Shown: positions 18,558 to 27,774, counted from the first letter of the stretch. The stretch: 29,191 bases of DNA from Armatimonadota bacterium (GCA_038248345.1 JBBRXO010000022.1:1-29191), one strand, 5' to 3'. Notes: generated by a model not told the origin, from the letters alone. Numbers and translations are program-made.

Positions 18558-19775
18558 ATGCGTATTTCGTTGTTAATTGTGTTGGGTATCACCATGGGCG
18601 TCACATTAGTCGCCGGGGCGGCTGACTGGCCACATTTTCGCGGCACCAATGGTGATGCGATATCCACCGAGACCGGGATTAACAAAGACTGGGCGACTAC
18701 TCCTCCAATACCAGCATGGAGAGTACCAGTAGCAGATGGAGGCTATTCAGGGCCAGCTGTAGCTGGTGGAATTCTATATTTCGTCGACTACAACAAGAAA
18801 AGTAAAGAGGATGTCGTCCGCGCCATTGATATGGCTACCGGTAAGGATAAATGGACGGCCAATTACCCCGACGCTGCCCAAGAGAATTATGGCTACAACC
18901 GCTCAACCCCCGCAATTGATAACGGAATGCTCTACTACATCAATTCTGCAGGTGATGTGTACTGCCTGAAACAAGCTGATGGTAGCCTGGTGTGGCAAAA
19001 GAGCCTGATAAAGGATTATGGCGGCCAGAAACCCGACTTCATGTTCTCCATGTCCCCCTTCATTGACGGAAACAAGCTCATCATCGTCCCCGGTGGCCCC
19101 GAGAAAGCAGTGGTTGCACTAGATAAAAGAACAGGTGAAACCATCTGGATAGGCGGAGGTAGCGACAAAGCGGGATACGCTACCCCAACAGTAGTTACCA
19201 TCAATGGGATAAAACAATACGTTGTCATTACGGGGAAAAACTTAATCGGCGTTGACGCGGAGAAGGGAACTCTTCTCTGGTCATACCCATGGCCTACCCA
19301 ATATGATGTAAACGCACCGGTACCTATTATCGTCGGTGACTCATCAATATTTATCACCAGCGGTTACAATCATGGCTGCGCGCTTGTCGACATCAAGGAT
19401 GGCCAGGCCACCGCTCGCTGGGTAAACAAAGAGATAACATCACGTATGACGACCCCATTGCTCATCGGGGGTCTGATCTACTGCACCACTGAATCAGGGA
19501 ATGTCGTCTGCCTTGATCCGACTACTGGTAAGGCACTGTGGAAGCAACCTGGATTTGAGCAAGGGGGGCTGTTGGCGGTAGATGGCGCTGTTATTGTAGA
19601 AGACGGCAAAAACGGAGATGTCGCACTGACGACAATGAACAAAGATGGTTATACTCTACTCGGAAAAACTTCACCATTCGTGGGTGCCAGCAATTGCTGG
19701 GCGCCACCAATATTTGCTGACGGATGCCTGATTGTGCGTAGCAAAACGGAGTTAGTCTGCATAAAACTGAAGTAA
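18558..19775 (+). CDS. Secreted PQQ-type beta-propeller repeat protein (BamB-like fold)
   Basis: Signal peptide then ADWPHFRG; repeated (A/C)xDxxTGxxxW blades; GGAGG SD before ATG 18558. Confidence 0.88.
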   Translation: MRISLLIVLGITMGVTLVAGAADWPHFRGTNGDAISTETGINKDWATTPPIPAWRVPVADGGYSGPAVAGGILYFVDYNKKSKEDVVRAIDMATGKDKWTANYPDAAQENYGYNRSTPAIDNGMLYYINSAGDVYCLKQADGSLVWQKSLIKDYGGQKPDFMFSMSPFIDGNKLIIVPGGPEKAVVALDKRTGETIWIGGGSDKAGYATPTVVTINGIKQYVVITGKNLIGVDAEKGTLLWSYPWPTQYDVNAPVPIIVGDSSIFITSGYNHGCALVDIKDGQATARWVNKEITSRMTTPLLIGGLIYCTTESGNVVCLDPTTGKALWKQPGFEQGGLLAVDGAVIVEDGKNGDVALTTMNKDGYTLLGKTSPFVGASNCWAPPIFADGCLIVRSKTELVCIKLK

Positions 19776-19843
19776 AATAGAGGGCTCCTCTTCCATATTT
19801 TCTCCACATCGGTTATCTTAGGATACGATTAGGGGGGAAAACG

Positions 19844-20482
19844 TTGTTTGCGCGGTTAAAAAAAGATATTCAGGCTGTTTTCGAGCGTGACCCGGCGGCG
19901 CGCAGCACTATTGAGGTGTTGCTGTGCTACAGTGGTCTGCATGCTATCTGGTGGCATCGTCTGGCACATAAGTTCTGGGGGTGGGGGTTGCCGCTAACTG
20001 CGCGGCTTATCTCCCAGCTTGGGCGTTTCTTCACAGGTACCGAGATCCATCCTGGCGCCACCATCGGTGATGGTCTCTTTATCGACCATGGTATGGGCGT
20101 GGTCATCGGGGAGACGGCGGAGCTGGGTAACAATGTCACCCTCTTCCAAGGCGTAACCCTGGGTGGTACGGGCAAAGAAAAAGGCAAACGCCATCCCACC
20201 CTGGGTAATGATGTGATGATCGGCGCTGGCGCCAAGATACTCGGATCTTTCACTGTGGGCGACAATGTCCTTGTTGGCTCAAATGCGGTGGTACTGCATG
20301 AATTACCGGCGAATTCCACGGCGGTCGGTGTACCAGCCGAAGTGGTTCGTATCGAAGGCATCCGCCCACAGACCCTCGACCACGACTGCCTGCCTGACCC
20401 GGTGCATGAATGCTTGACGCTATTGCGCTCGAGAGTAGAAGAGTTGGAAGCAAAGATTGTCCTGTTGGAGAAACGGAAGTAG
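19844..20482 (+). CDS. cysE: Serine O-acetyltransferase
   Basis: [49 protein letters not shown] start. Confidence 0.96.
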   Translation: MFARLKKDIQAVFERDPAARSTIEVLLCYSGLHAIWWHRLAHKFWGWGLPLTARLISQLGRFFTGTEIHPGATIGDGLFIDHGMGVVIGETAELGNNVTLFQGVTLGGTGKEKGKRHPTLGNDVMIGAGAKILGSFTVGDNVLVGSNAVVLHELPANSTAVGVPAEVVRIEGIRPQTLDHDCLPDPVHECLTLLRSRVEELEAKIVLLEKRK

Positions 20483-20514
20483 AATCGAGTAAATGCCAAG
20501 GATCAGGTTATTAA

Positions 20515-20543
20515 TTGACCCGGCTCGTTGCCTATGTTATACT
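20515..20543 (+). promoter_or_regulatory. sigma70 promoter of tRNA-Ser
   Basis: TTGACC-17 nt-TATACT with TG extension. Confidence 0.8.
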
Positions 20544-20557
20544 TTCTGAACTGTCGT

Positions 20558-20654
20558 GGAGAGGTGGCCGAGCCTGGTTGAAGGCGCACGACTCGAAATC
20601 GTGTGACCGGCTTAGAAACCCGGTCCGGGGGTTCGAATCCCTCCCTCTCCGCCA
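20558..20654 (+). tRNA. tRNA-Ser (anticodon CGA)
   Basis: Acceptor GGAGAGG/CCTCTCC, anticodon arm CACGA-CTCGAAA-TCGTG, long variable arm GACCGG...CCGGTC, TTCGAAT, discriminator G plus CCA. Confidence 0.96.
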
Positions 20655-20694
20655 GCTTAATTTTATGCTCTCGCAAAGCCACCAGCGTAAAAAC

Positions 20695-20723
20695 TTGCAG
20701 GGAATCGGGAATATTGCTATAAT
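20695..20723 (+). promoter_or_regulatory. sigma70 promoter of rpmB
   Basis: TTGCAG-17 nt-TATAAT with TG extension. Confidence 0.75.
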
Positions 20724-20780
20724 TTAGTGTCTAGGTGCTCTAAAATGACGTGGGCACTGTAACCGAGAGGAGTTAATTCA

Positions 20781-20975
20781 ATGGCCAGTAAATGTGATGT
20801 TTGCGGTAAAGGGACACAGACCGGATATAGTGTGAGTCATTCTCACATACGCACCAAAAAACTCTGGAAGCCAAATATCCAGAAGATGCGCGTTCGTAAT
20901 GAAAAAGGCACCCCGAAGACGCTAAATGTCTGCACCGGTTGCATTAGCGCTAACAAGGTAATTAGAGCGTACTAA
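20781..20975 (+). CDS. rpmB: 50S ribosomal protein L28 (four-Cys, zinc-binding form)
   Basis: MASKCDVCGK..G.SVSHSHIRTKKLWKPNIQ...VCTGC; GAGGAG SD. Confidence 0.96.
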   Translation: MASKCDVCGKGTQTGYSVSHSHIRTKKLWKPNIQKMRVRNEKGTPKTLNVCTGCISANKVIRAY

Positions 20976-20998
20976 TAACCATTGCTGATGAAGAATCA

Positions 20999-21033
20999 TA
21001 ACCGCCGAGCTGTAGAGTTCGGCGGTTAGTTTT
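20999..21033 (+). terminator. Intrinsic terminator between convergent rpmB and nadC
   Basis: TAACCGCCGAGCT-GTAG-AGTTCGGCGGTTA then GTTTT. Confidence 0.8.
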
Positions 21034-21035
21034 GC

Positions 21036-21875
21036 TTAGCCGAGGAAGTTAAGCGAAATATCGAGGGCATTCACCGAGTGAGTGAGGGCACCGACGGAGA
21101 TCAGGTCTACGCCGCATTCAGCGATCTCGCGTACAGTAGCCAGATTGACCCCCCCCGATGCCTCTGTGAGAGCTCTGCCTGCGATATACTCTACACAGGA
21201 GCGCATCTCGGCCAACGACATATTATCGAGCATGATGATATCAGCGCCTGCGGTTACCGCCTCTTCTACCATCGCGCGGCTTTCCGTCTCCACTTCGATC
21301 TTCAGAGTATGCGGTACCCAAGCGCGTGCAGCACAAATAGCCTGGCTGATACCGCCTGCAGCCGCAATATGGTTATCCTTAATCAGCACCCCATCAGCTA
21401 GGCTAAAACGATGATTGCTGCCTCCCCCCATGCACACCGCATATTTAGCTAATACGCGCATTCCGGGCAAAGTTTTACGGGTATCAACAATTCGTGCACG
21501 GGTACCCTTTACCGCCGCCACATAATTTGCCGTTGTGGTGGCAATGCCGGAGAGGTGCTGGAGGAAGTTAAGCGCGGTGCGTTCTGCAGTAAGTAGCGCT
21601 CGCGCTGATCCGCTCACTCGCGCGACAATGTCACCGTTACATACCGGGCTTCCATCAATAATCAACGTTTCAAACTTGATACTATGATCCAGTGTGTGAA
21701 AGACCTGCTGTGCCGTCGGCAAACCGGCAATGATGCCATTATCCTTCACCATGAATTCCGCAATTGCCATCGCGTTAGCGGAAACAGTAGTTAAGGTTGT
21801 TACGTCACCAGTTCCGATATCTTCGGCCAGCGCGATATCGATTAGTGGTTGAATTGCACGGGTAAAATACATCAT
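21036..21875 (-). CDS. nadC: Nicotinate-nucleotide diphosphorylase (quinolinate phosphoribosyltransferase)
   Basis: EDIGTGDVT, ERTALN, DTRKT, NHRF, IKDNH, MLDN, EASGG, SVGALTHS. Confidence 0.97.
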   Translation of the reverse strand: MMYFTRAIQPLIDIALAEDIGTGDVTTLTTVSANAMAIAEFMVKDNGIIAGLPTAQQVFHTLDHSIKFETLIIDGSPVCNGDIVARVSGSARALLTAERTALNFLQHLSGIATTTANYVAAVKGTRARIVDTRKTLPGMRVLAKYAVCMGGGSNHRFSLADGVLIKDNHIAAAGGISQAICAARAWVPHTLKIEVETESRAMVEEAVTAGADIIMLDNMSLAEMRSCVEYIAGRALTEASGGVNLATVREIAECGVDLISVGALTHSVNALDISLNFLG

Positions 21876-22426
21876 TGTTCCTCGGTAAATCCTGGTAGTG
21901 GCGGCGACGCTTGATCAATAAATGTCGCCAGATCCGGTAATGAATTAAGGCCGGAAAGTCCAAATAGTTTTAGAAATCTGTCCGTGGAGCCATAGAGCAT
22001 TGGATGCCCGGGGGTATCTTTGTGCCCGCGCTCTTCTATCAAGCCATGCTCGGTCAGGGTGGCAACTACACGATCAGAATTCACCCCACGTAGTTGTTCT
22101 ATCTCAGGGCGTGTCACCGGTTGGCGATAGGCAACAATAGCCAATGTCTCCAGTGAGGCGCGCGACAAGCGAAGTTTGGGCGGCTCATGCAGGCGCGTCA
22201 CATATTCGGCGTAGCAACTTTTTGTGACCCGTTCATAGCCACCCGCCAGTTCAATTAAGCGGATACCCAGATAACGCTTATCCAACTCTTCCAGTAATTG
22301 ACGTACTGCCGGAGGTGTAATTTCCAGATAATCGCTCAACTCACCTAACGACAGCGGGCGGTCTGCCATAAAGAGCAGACACTCTAACGCCCCCAGGATA
22401 TTAACATCAGATGCTATTTCACTCAT
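21872..22426 (-). CDS. scpB: SMC-Scp complex subunit ScpB
   Basis: LECLLF, AGGY, LSRASLETLAIVAYRQPVTRPEIEQLRGV, PGHPMLYGST..FL..FGL. Start set to ATG 22426; 4-nt overlap with nadC. Confidence 0.93.
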   Translation of the reverse strand: MSEIASDVNILGALECLLFMADRPLSLGELSDYLEITPPAVRQLLEELDKRYLGIRLIELAGGYERVTKSCYAEYVTRLHEPPKLRLSRASLETLAIVAYRQPVTRPEIEQLRGVNSDRVVATLTEHGLIEERGHKDTPGHPMLYGSTDRFLKLFGLSGLNSLPDLATFIDQASPPLPGFTEEQ

Positions 22427-22437
22427 AATATGATTGC

Positions 22438-22466
22438 ATGATACCAAGCTAGAGCAACTACGGCAA
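22438..22466 (-). promoter_or_regulatory. sigma70-type promoter for scpB-nadC
   Basis: TTGCCG-17 nt-TATCAT with TG extension, 11 nt before the ATG. Confidence 0.55.
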
Positions 22467-22468
22467 GA

Positions 22469-23338
22469 TCAACCGCCACTTCGGGTATGTTGCTGGAAGA
22501 ATAAAACGATATGTTCAGCGATTCTGGTGACCATATCCGGGGGCATCCCATGCTCCGCTTCAGGTCGCGACCAAATAAAAGGCGCTCCAGGTGTTTCAGC
22601 AGGAGGGTATAGTGTATATCCAGGTTGCCATTCAGTAGGAGTGGGCATAGAATTATTTATCCGCATGAACTCTTGCCGCATAGTATCCGCCAATTCTGGA
22701 TAGACGAAGTTATCTTTCAGGCCATTAACGCTCATCAGCGGCTTCGCAATAGTCGCTTTATTCAGAAAGATCGCCGGGCCAGCCACGCCAGCGATCGCGG
22801 CAAAGGGATTGGGACGTTGCGTGAGGAGTACATAGCAAAAAGTGGCGCCATTGCTAAAGCCAGTGGCATATATCCGCTCCTGGTCAACACCGAGAATCTG
22901 CGGCAATTCCTCTAACATGCGGTCAACGAAAAGCAAATCTCTGTTGCCGTACTTGTCCAGATTACCTACATTATCCGGCCAACCAGGGAACATCTGCCCG
23001 GTACTTGGTTTCAGCACATCCATTCCTTGGGGGTAGACCACCGTTGCCTCGGGCCATCGTTCGTGCATGTTCAACGTCAGATCAGTCGCGTGGCCGGTAA
23101 ATCCATGAAAACTGAATACTACCGGGGTAGGGGAGGTGAACGAGTTTTTACCAGGGTACACCAGCGCCCACCGTTTGTTTCCGCCGACAGTCAATTCCAG
23201 CCGATATGGTATCGTCATTTTTGCACGCATAGGGGGTATTTCTCCAATAATCCCGACAGACATTGATAAAAGCAGTAAGGCGTAGAGCCAACGGAGCGAA
23301 TGACGTTTTTTTGCTTTTGCCTGAATCACCAACACCAT
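22469..23338 (-). CDS. Alpha/beta-hydrolase esterase (LpqC / PHB depolymerase / feruloyl esterase-like), secreted or membrane-anchored
   Basis: FHGF, VVYPQG, DQERIYATGFSNG (GxSxG), NGLKD, C-terminal His; N-terminal hydrophobic segment; AGGAG SD. Confidence 0.85.
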   Translation of the reverse strand: MVLVIQAKAKKRHSLRWLYALLLLSMSVGIIGEIPPMRAKMTIPYRLELTVGGNKRWALVYPGKNSFTSPTPVVFSFHGFTGHATDLTLNMHERWPEATVVYPQGMDVLKPSTGQMFPGWPDNVGNLDKYGNRDLLFVDRMLEELPQILGVDQERIYATGFSNGATFCYVLLTQRPNPFAAIAGVAGPAIFLNKATIAKPLMSVNGLKDNFVYPELADTMRQEFMRINNSMPTPTEWQPGYTLYPPAETPGAPFIWSRPEAEHGMPPDMVTRIAEHIVLFFQQHTRSGG

Positions 23339-23504
23339 TATCTCCTGCGACCAGCAATATTGTAGAATTTTACGTCTACTTCGATAAATTCCTCAAGGAA
23401 TAATGCTATTATCGCTTTATTCTGTCATAATGGGAAGGATTAACAGTGGCAATCAACGTCTATATCAATTATAATAGTGAAATCAGCACGGGAAAGGACA
23501 TGAC

Positions 23505-24590
23505 ATGAAGATATTCAGAATTGCGACCATCATCGCAGCACTTGCACTGGTGCTTGCTACCTATGCATACCCATCGTTATCTGGCGCCCCTGGTGGGCTA
23601 TTTACACCACAGGCCGATTATTCTCTCTACCCCCATATGGTAGAGATTTCCGTGGATCACTTCCTTAATGGTGCCGCTGGAACTAATGCTATATCCAGTA
23701 TCCGCACTGTTTATGCACTGAATAGTAGTACTGAGGTTGGGATTCTGGCAAACATTAACGACAATGGTCTGAAATTGAATCGTTATGGGGCGAGTATAAG
23801 CTATAAATTGCCGATAATCGCGCACGTTACAGACCGTTTTGCTGTGAGCGCTTCTTATTCAGCGAAGTCGAAGAATAACAATATCGGTGGTTTGGGCCTC
23901 GATGATATCAGTCAAGTATCTTTGGTAGGATCCCATTCCTTGCGTCATGAACCGATTGTTGTTGATCCTGACGCACTGATTTCCCCGTTAGTATCTGTCA
24001 ATTATGGTGTTAATTTGACACGTACTACTGGATCAACTATCGTGCGTCCATTTGCTAGCCTGAATATGGCTTATGAGAATATTGATGTAACGACAGAGCT
24101 TCAAGCAAAGAGCACCCCTTTCGATAAGGCCGTGATGGCAGCAATAACGATTCGCTATCCTGTCACTGACTCCATTACTGTACAGGGCGGTTTTTCAAAT
24201 ATTGTCGAAGGGAACTTCGGTGGTGACAGAATGTACCCATTTTTAGGGGTGAAATATAGTCTGACTAAAAAGCCGGTCATCACTGTGCCTAACGTTCCCC
24301 CGACTGTATACATCGGGGGTATTCCCGACAGTGATGAATCCATCGCTCCAGCAAATGTGAAGATCAATGTTATCGCGGATGATTCTGATGGTACGGTAAC
24401 TAGAGTAGAGTTCTACAACGATAATACTTTACTTGCGACTGATACCAGCTTTCCATACAGCTTTACCTGGCAAAATGTTGCCGCTGGTTCTTATAACCTG
24501 AAAGTTGTCGCTTACGATAACGAGAACGCTATGACAACCTCGGAAATCACTAAGATAACTGTCAAGGATGCAGGCACCAATCTCCGCTAA
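23505..24590 (+). CDS. Secreted protein: putative outer-membrane beta-barrel region plus C-terminal bacterial Ig-like domain
   Basis: Signal peptide; SLSGAPGGLFTPQA start (YjbH-like); alternating beta-strand pattern to LGVKYSL; Ig motif DSDGTVTRVEFY...PYSFTW...GSYNLKVVAYDN. Confidence 0.7.
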   Translation: MKIFRIATIIAALALVLATYAYPSLSGAPGGLFTPQADYSLYPHMVEISVDHFLNGAAGTNAISSIRTVYALNSSTEVGILANINDNGLKLNRYGASISYKLPIIAHVTDRFAVSASYSAKSKNNNIGGLGLDDISQVSLVGSHSLRHEPIVVDPDALISPLVSVNYGVNLTRTTGSTIVRPFASLNMAYENIDVTTELQAKSTPFDKAVMAAITIRYPVTDSITVQGGFSNIVEGNFGGDRMYPFLGVKYSLTKKPVITVPNVPPTVYIGGIPDSDESIAPANVKINVIADDSDGTVTRVEFYNDNTLLATDTSFPYSFTWQNVAAGSYNLKVVAYDNENAMTTSEITKITVKDAGTNLR

Positions 24591-24622
24591 GGCAGAATTG
24601 AAAATTGCCGGAAAGGTAATAG

Positions 24623-24654
24623 GATTCGGGGGCGCTATGCAGCGCCCCCGAATC
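24623..24654. terminator. Perfect 14-bp hairpin downstream of the Ig-domain gene
   Basis: GATTCGGGGGCGCT-ATGC-AGCGCCCCCGAATC; no U-tract, so a terminator role is uncertain. Confidence 0.5.
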
Positions 24655-24823
24655 GCGTCCATTTGACACCTGCGTGACATTAGCAAAAACTTCTGGTGGG
24701 CATAAACTGCCCACCAGCGGTTAGATACTGACCGAATACTGTTGGCGTTCAGGGTACGAGTTCGCCGTGTTAATGCAGTCTTCGATTACTGACCGACTTT
24801 TCAATTGAAAGGAGCGCACCACC

Positions 24824-26149
24824 ATGAAAACGACACGCGACGCGTGGGTAAACGGACGAACAGGAGTCGTTACCCAACTACGCTATGCCCGAGAAGGGCA
24901 GATTACCGAGGAAATGGCTGCTGTTGCCGAGCGCGAGCACCTCCCTGTAGAACTGATCCGCGACGAACTGGCCGCAGGACGGTTAGTGATACCGGCCAAT
25001 ATTAAGCACCTCGAGTTAGAACCAGCCGCTATCGGCACCGTCGTCACCTGTAAGATTAATGCCAACATTGGTAACAGCGCGCTGTCCAGTGGACTCGATG
25101 AAGAGTTAGCGAAGTTGCGCGTCTGCTTGAAACACGGCGCAGACACGGTGATGGATCTATCCACCGGTACAGACATCCATGCTATACGTGAGCGAATTAT
25201 CCGTAACTCACCTGTTCCCATCGGAACAGTGCCAATATATGAGGCCATCGAGGGAGTTGATGACCCATTGGATTTAACTGCCGACGATCTGCTGGGGGTT
25301 ATCGAACGCCAGGCACAGCAGGGTGTGGATTATATGACGGTGCACGTTGGCGTGCTACGTGAGATGATGCCATCTATCAAATCGCGAATCACCAAAATAG
25401 TCTCACGGGGTGGGGCGCTCACCGCGCAATGGATGCTACACCACGGCAAACAAAATCCCTTGTATGAGCGGTTTGATGACCTGTTGGAAATTTGCCAACG
25501 CTACGATGTGACGCTTTCGTTGGGTGATGGCTTGCGCCCTGGTTGTCTGCACGACGCCAGCGATGAGGCGCAATTCGCCGAGTTACGCGTACTGGGCGAA
25601 TTGACCAAGCGCGCCTGGGCAAAAGATGTGCAGGTGATGATCGAAGGGCCAGGGCATGTGCCGATGGATCAGATCAAACACAATATGGAGATGGAACGAG
25701 AGCTTTGCTTCGGTGCTCCTTTCTATGTTTTAGGGCCATTGGTGACTGACATCGCCCCCGGATACGATCATATCACCTGTGCCATCGGTGGGGCTTTGGC
25801 GGGTATGTGGGGCGCTTCGATGATCTGCTATGTGACCCCCAAAGAGCATTTGGGGCTACCAGACGCTGAAGATGTACGAGTTGGGATAATATCCGCCAAA
25901 ATTGCCGCTCACGCAGCAGACATAGCCCTGGGGAAACCTGGAGCGCGTGATCGCGATGATGCAATGGCACGTGCGCGGTTTGACTTCGATTGGGAGAAAC
26001 AGTTCGAGCTGTCCCTTGATCCTGATCGTGCTCGCGAATATCGGCGCCAGACACTAGGGTTAAATTGCGATACAGACTACTGTTCAATGTGCGGCCCGAA
26101 GTTCTGCTCTATGAAGCTATCTCATGAGATTGAAAAGGCTAATCTGTAG
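24824..26149 (+). CDS. thiC: Phosphomethylpyrimidine synthase
   Basis: [68 protein letters not shown]. Confidence 0.96.
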   Translation: MKTTRDAWVNGRTGVVTQLRYAREGQITEEMAAVAEREHLPVELIRDELAAGRLVIPANIKHLELEPAAIGTVVTCKINANIGNSALSSGLDEELAKLRVCLKHGADTVMDLSTGTDIHAIRERIIRNSPVPIGTVPIYEAIEGVDDPLDLTADDLLGVIERQAQQGVDYMTVHVGVLREMMPSIKSRITKIVSRGGALTAQWMLHHGKQNPLYERFDDLLEICQRYDVTLSLGDGLRPGCLHDASDEAQFAELRVLGELTKRAWAKDVQVMIEGPGHVPMDQIKHNMEMERELCFGAPFYVLGPLVTDIAPGYDHITCAIGGALAGMWGASMICYVTPKEHLGLPDAEDVRVGIISAKIAAHAADIALGKPGARDRDDAMARARFDFDWEKQFELSLDPDRAREYRRQTLGLNCDTDYCSMCGPKFCSMKLSHEIEKANL

Positions 26150-26158
26150 CAGAGAGAG

Positions 26159-26192
26159 TTCATCCTACCACTGTAATCAGTGGTAGGATGAA
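26159..26192. terminator. Hairpin between convergent thiC and the PfkB gene
   Basis: Perfect 15-bp stem TTCATCCTACCACTG-TAAT-CAGTGGTAGGATGAA. Confidence 0.7.
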
Positions 26193-27239
26193 TTACTCCA
26201 TCTCCGGCATACCAAAAGCACAAATATCCATCTGTCGCCATGCCTGCCGTGAAGCGTACTCCGCCGCAACTCTCGCAACGGATTCAGAGACTCCACAGCT
26301 ATAGAATTGGGGGCATTCCCGCAATAGAGTGCGGAAGAAAGCAGCGCCAAAGGTCTCACCACATCGGTTGGTATCTGCCATTCCATGATGAGGATGAGCA
26401 GGAAGAGAAAACTCTTCACCAGTGGCCAATATAACTTGGCAGCCATGGGGGCCATCGGTAATAGTAATGATCGGGGTGCTTTTCCGCCATAGCTCCTTCT
26501 CTGGCAACTCCTCCCATTCCAGTCTATTCAATGTGAGGTAAGATACTTGCCCGGCAAGGTCGGCAAGTGGGAAATCTAAATCGTCAATATTCCGACGAGA
26601 GGGAGCGAGCATGATGGGTATCGACTGGGCGAATGGTAGCAGTGAGGCCGTAAGTGCGTTGGGTGCGCCACAGATGCAAAGAGCCGAGGTGGAAGCTACT
26701 AACTCACTATCCTTTTCAGTGGCACGCCACTTCGTCATCATCGGACGTAGCCCCATGGTTAGTTTATCTTCACCGCCGATGATGACAAGGCTTAGGTCAC
26801 TTTCACCAGTGAGTATCTCGGCCTGGGCAGCTACCCCATATTGCCTTAGTTGCATACTAACGAAATCACCACGGGAGTCTTCCCCCTGCGGATGACGAAG
26901 CAGGCCATGTAAAGCCAGCGCATAGCCCGCCCCCATTCCTCCAAGTTGACGCCGACAGGAGGTGACGTGGTAGCTATTGTCGATTTTCTCGTCCCTGGGT
27001 AATACCGATTCGCCAAGGTAATAATCCGCAGCATACTCTTGGAATGCATCGGGGAGCGGGAAAAACATATCGTCGCCATTCTCCCCATGCAGGTGGATAG
27101 CATTATCGTTATTCGGTGTCACAGCGTGAACCCTTATGCTTTTATCCACTCGGTGTGGCGCACATAGTGGCTGGGCAATAGTGACGACCATATCCAAGTA
27201 GGCCGGGCCATAAACTAATATGTTAGCATCACCTGCCAT
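26193..27239 (-). CDS. PfkB/ribokinase-family kinase, divergent
   Basis: GPAYLD, LGGMGAGYALAL, LNRLEW, ITDGPHG, C-terminal DTNRCGETF (equivalent of DTxGAGDxF). Confidence 0.75.
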   Translation of the reverse strand: MAGDANILVYGPAYLDMVVTIAQPLCAPHRVDKSIRVHAVTPNNDNAIHLHGENGDDMFFPLPDAFQEYAADYYLGESVLPRDEKIDNSYHVTSCRRQLGGMGAGYALALHGLLRHPQGEDSRGDFVSMQLRQYGVAAQAEILTGESDLSLVIIGGEDKLTMGLRPMMTKWRATEKDSELVASTSALCICGAPNALTASLLPFAQSIPIMLAPSRRNIDDLDFPLADLAGQVSYLTLNRLEWEELPEKELWRKSTPIITITDGPHGCQVILATGEEFSLPAHPHHGMADTNRCGETFGAAFFRTLLRECPQFYSCGVSESVARVAAEYASRQAWRQMDICAFGMPEME

Positions 27240-27762
27240 GCCGCACCGGCATGGTTGCCATAGATGCGAGTGGATCCGCCGGAGCGGTGACTGGAGTATC
27301 CAGTATATTCATGCGCATGGCAATTTCAGTACAGTCGTTGAATTTTGCACAGCGGATGCATTCACTCCACACTTTTCGGGGTAACTGATCGCGGTCGATT
27401 TCACTGAAGCCCAGAGAGCGGAAGAATTCAGGTTGCTCGGTGAGGCAATAAAGTGTCGCCACGCCCAGCTTGCGAGCATCAGCAATACAGGCTGTAACGA
27501 GTTTGCGGCCCACACCTTGCCCTTGATAAGCATTATCCACCACCACGCTTTTAACTTCCGCCAGGTTGGCCCAGTTTACATGTACAGCAGCGCAGCCTAT
27601 AATATCGTTATCCACTACCGCAATATTAAAGTCACGGATATCCTCGTATAACTCATGCAGCGCACGGGAGAGCATCTCTCCCTGTTCGGCATGGGCATTT
27701 ATCAGCCGCTGCATTGCTACGACATCGGCAACCTTCGCACTTCTAATAACTACTTCATTCAT
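27229..27762 (-). CDS. argA: GNAT N-acetyltransferase, short-form N-acetylglutamate synthase
   Basis: MLSR..ELYEDIRDF, LAEVKSV, QGQGVG acetyl-CoA motif, FFRSLGF, LPRKVWSECIRC..F..C.EIAM. Confidence 0.75.
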   Translation of the reverse strand: MNEVVIRSAKVADVVAMQRLINAHAEQGEMLSRALHELYEDIRDFNIAVVDNDIIGCAAVHVNWANLAEVKSVVVDNAYQGQGVGRKLVTACIADARKLGVATLYCLTEQPEFFRSLGFSEIDRDQLPRKVWSECIRCAKFNDCTEIAMRMNILDTPVTAPADPLASMATMPVRHGR

Positions 27763-27774
27763 AACGATGTTATT

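Noticed and set aside
19927..20499. 190-aa ORF antisense to cysE, and other long antisense ORFs (e.g. 2559-3173, 644-1105)
   Set aside because: Shadow frames of confidently identified genes; no motifs or SD.
24824..26149. Possibility that the ThiC homolog is BzaA/B/F (B12 lower-ligand synthesis), explaining the missing TPP riboswitch
   Set aside because: No cobalamin genes or cobalamin riboswitch nearby and the motifs look like canonical ThiC; only an HMM comparison could fully exclude it.
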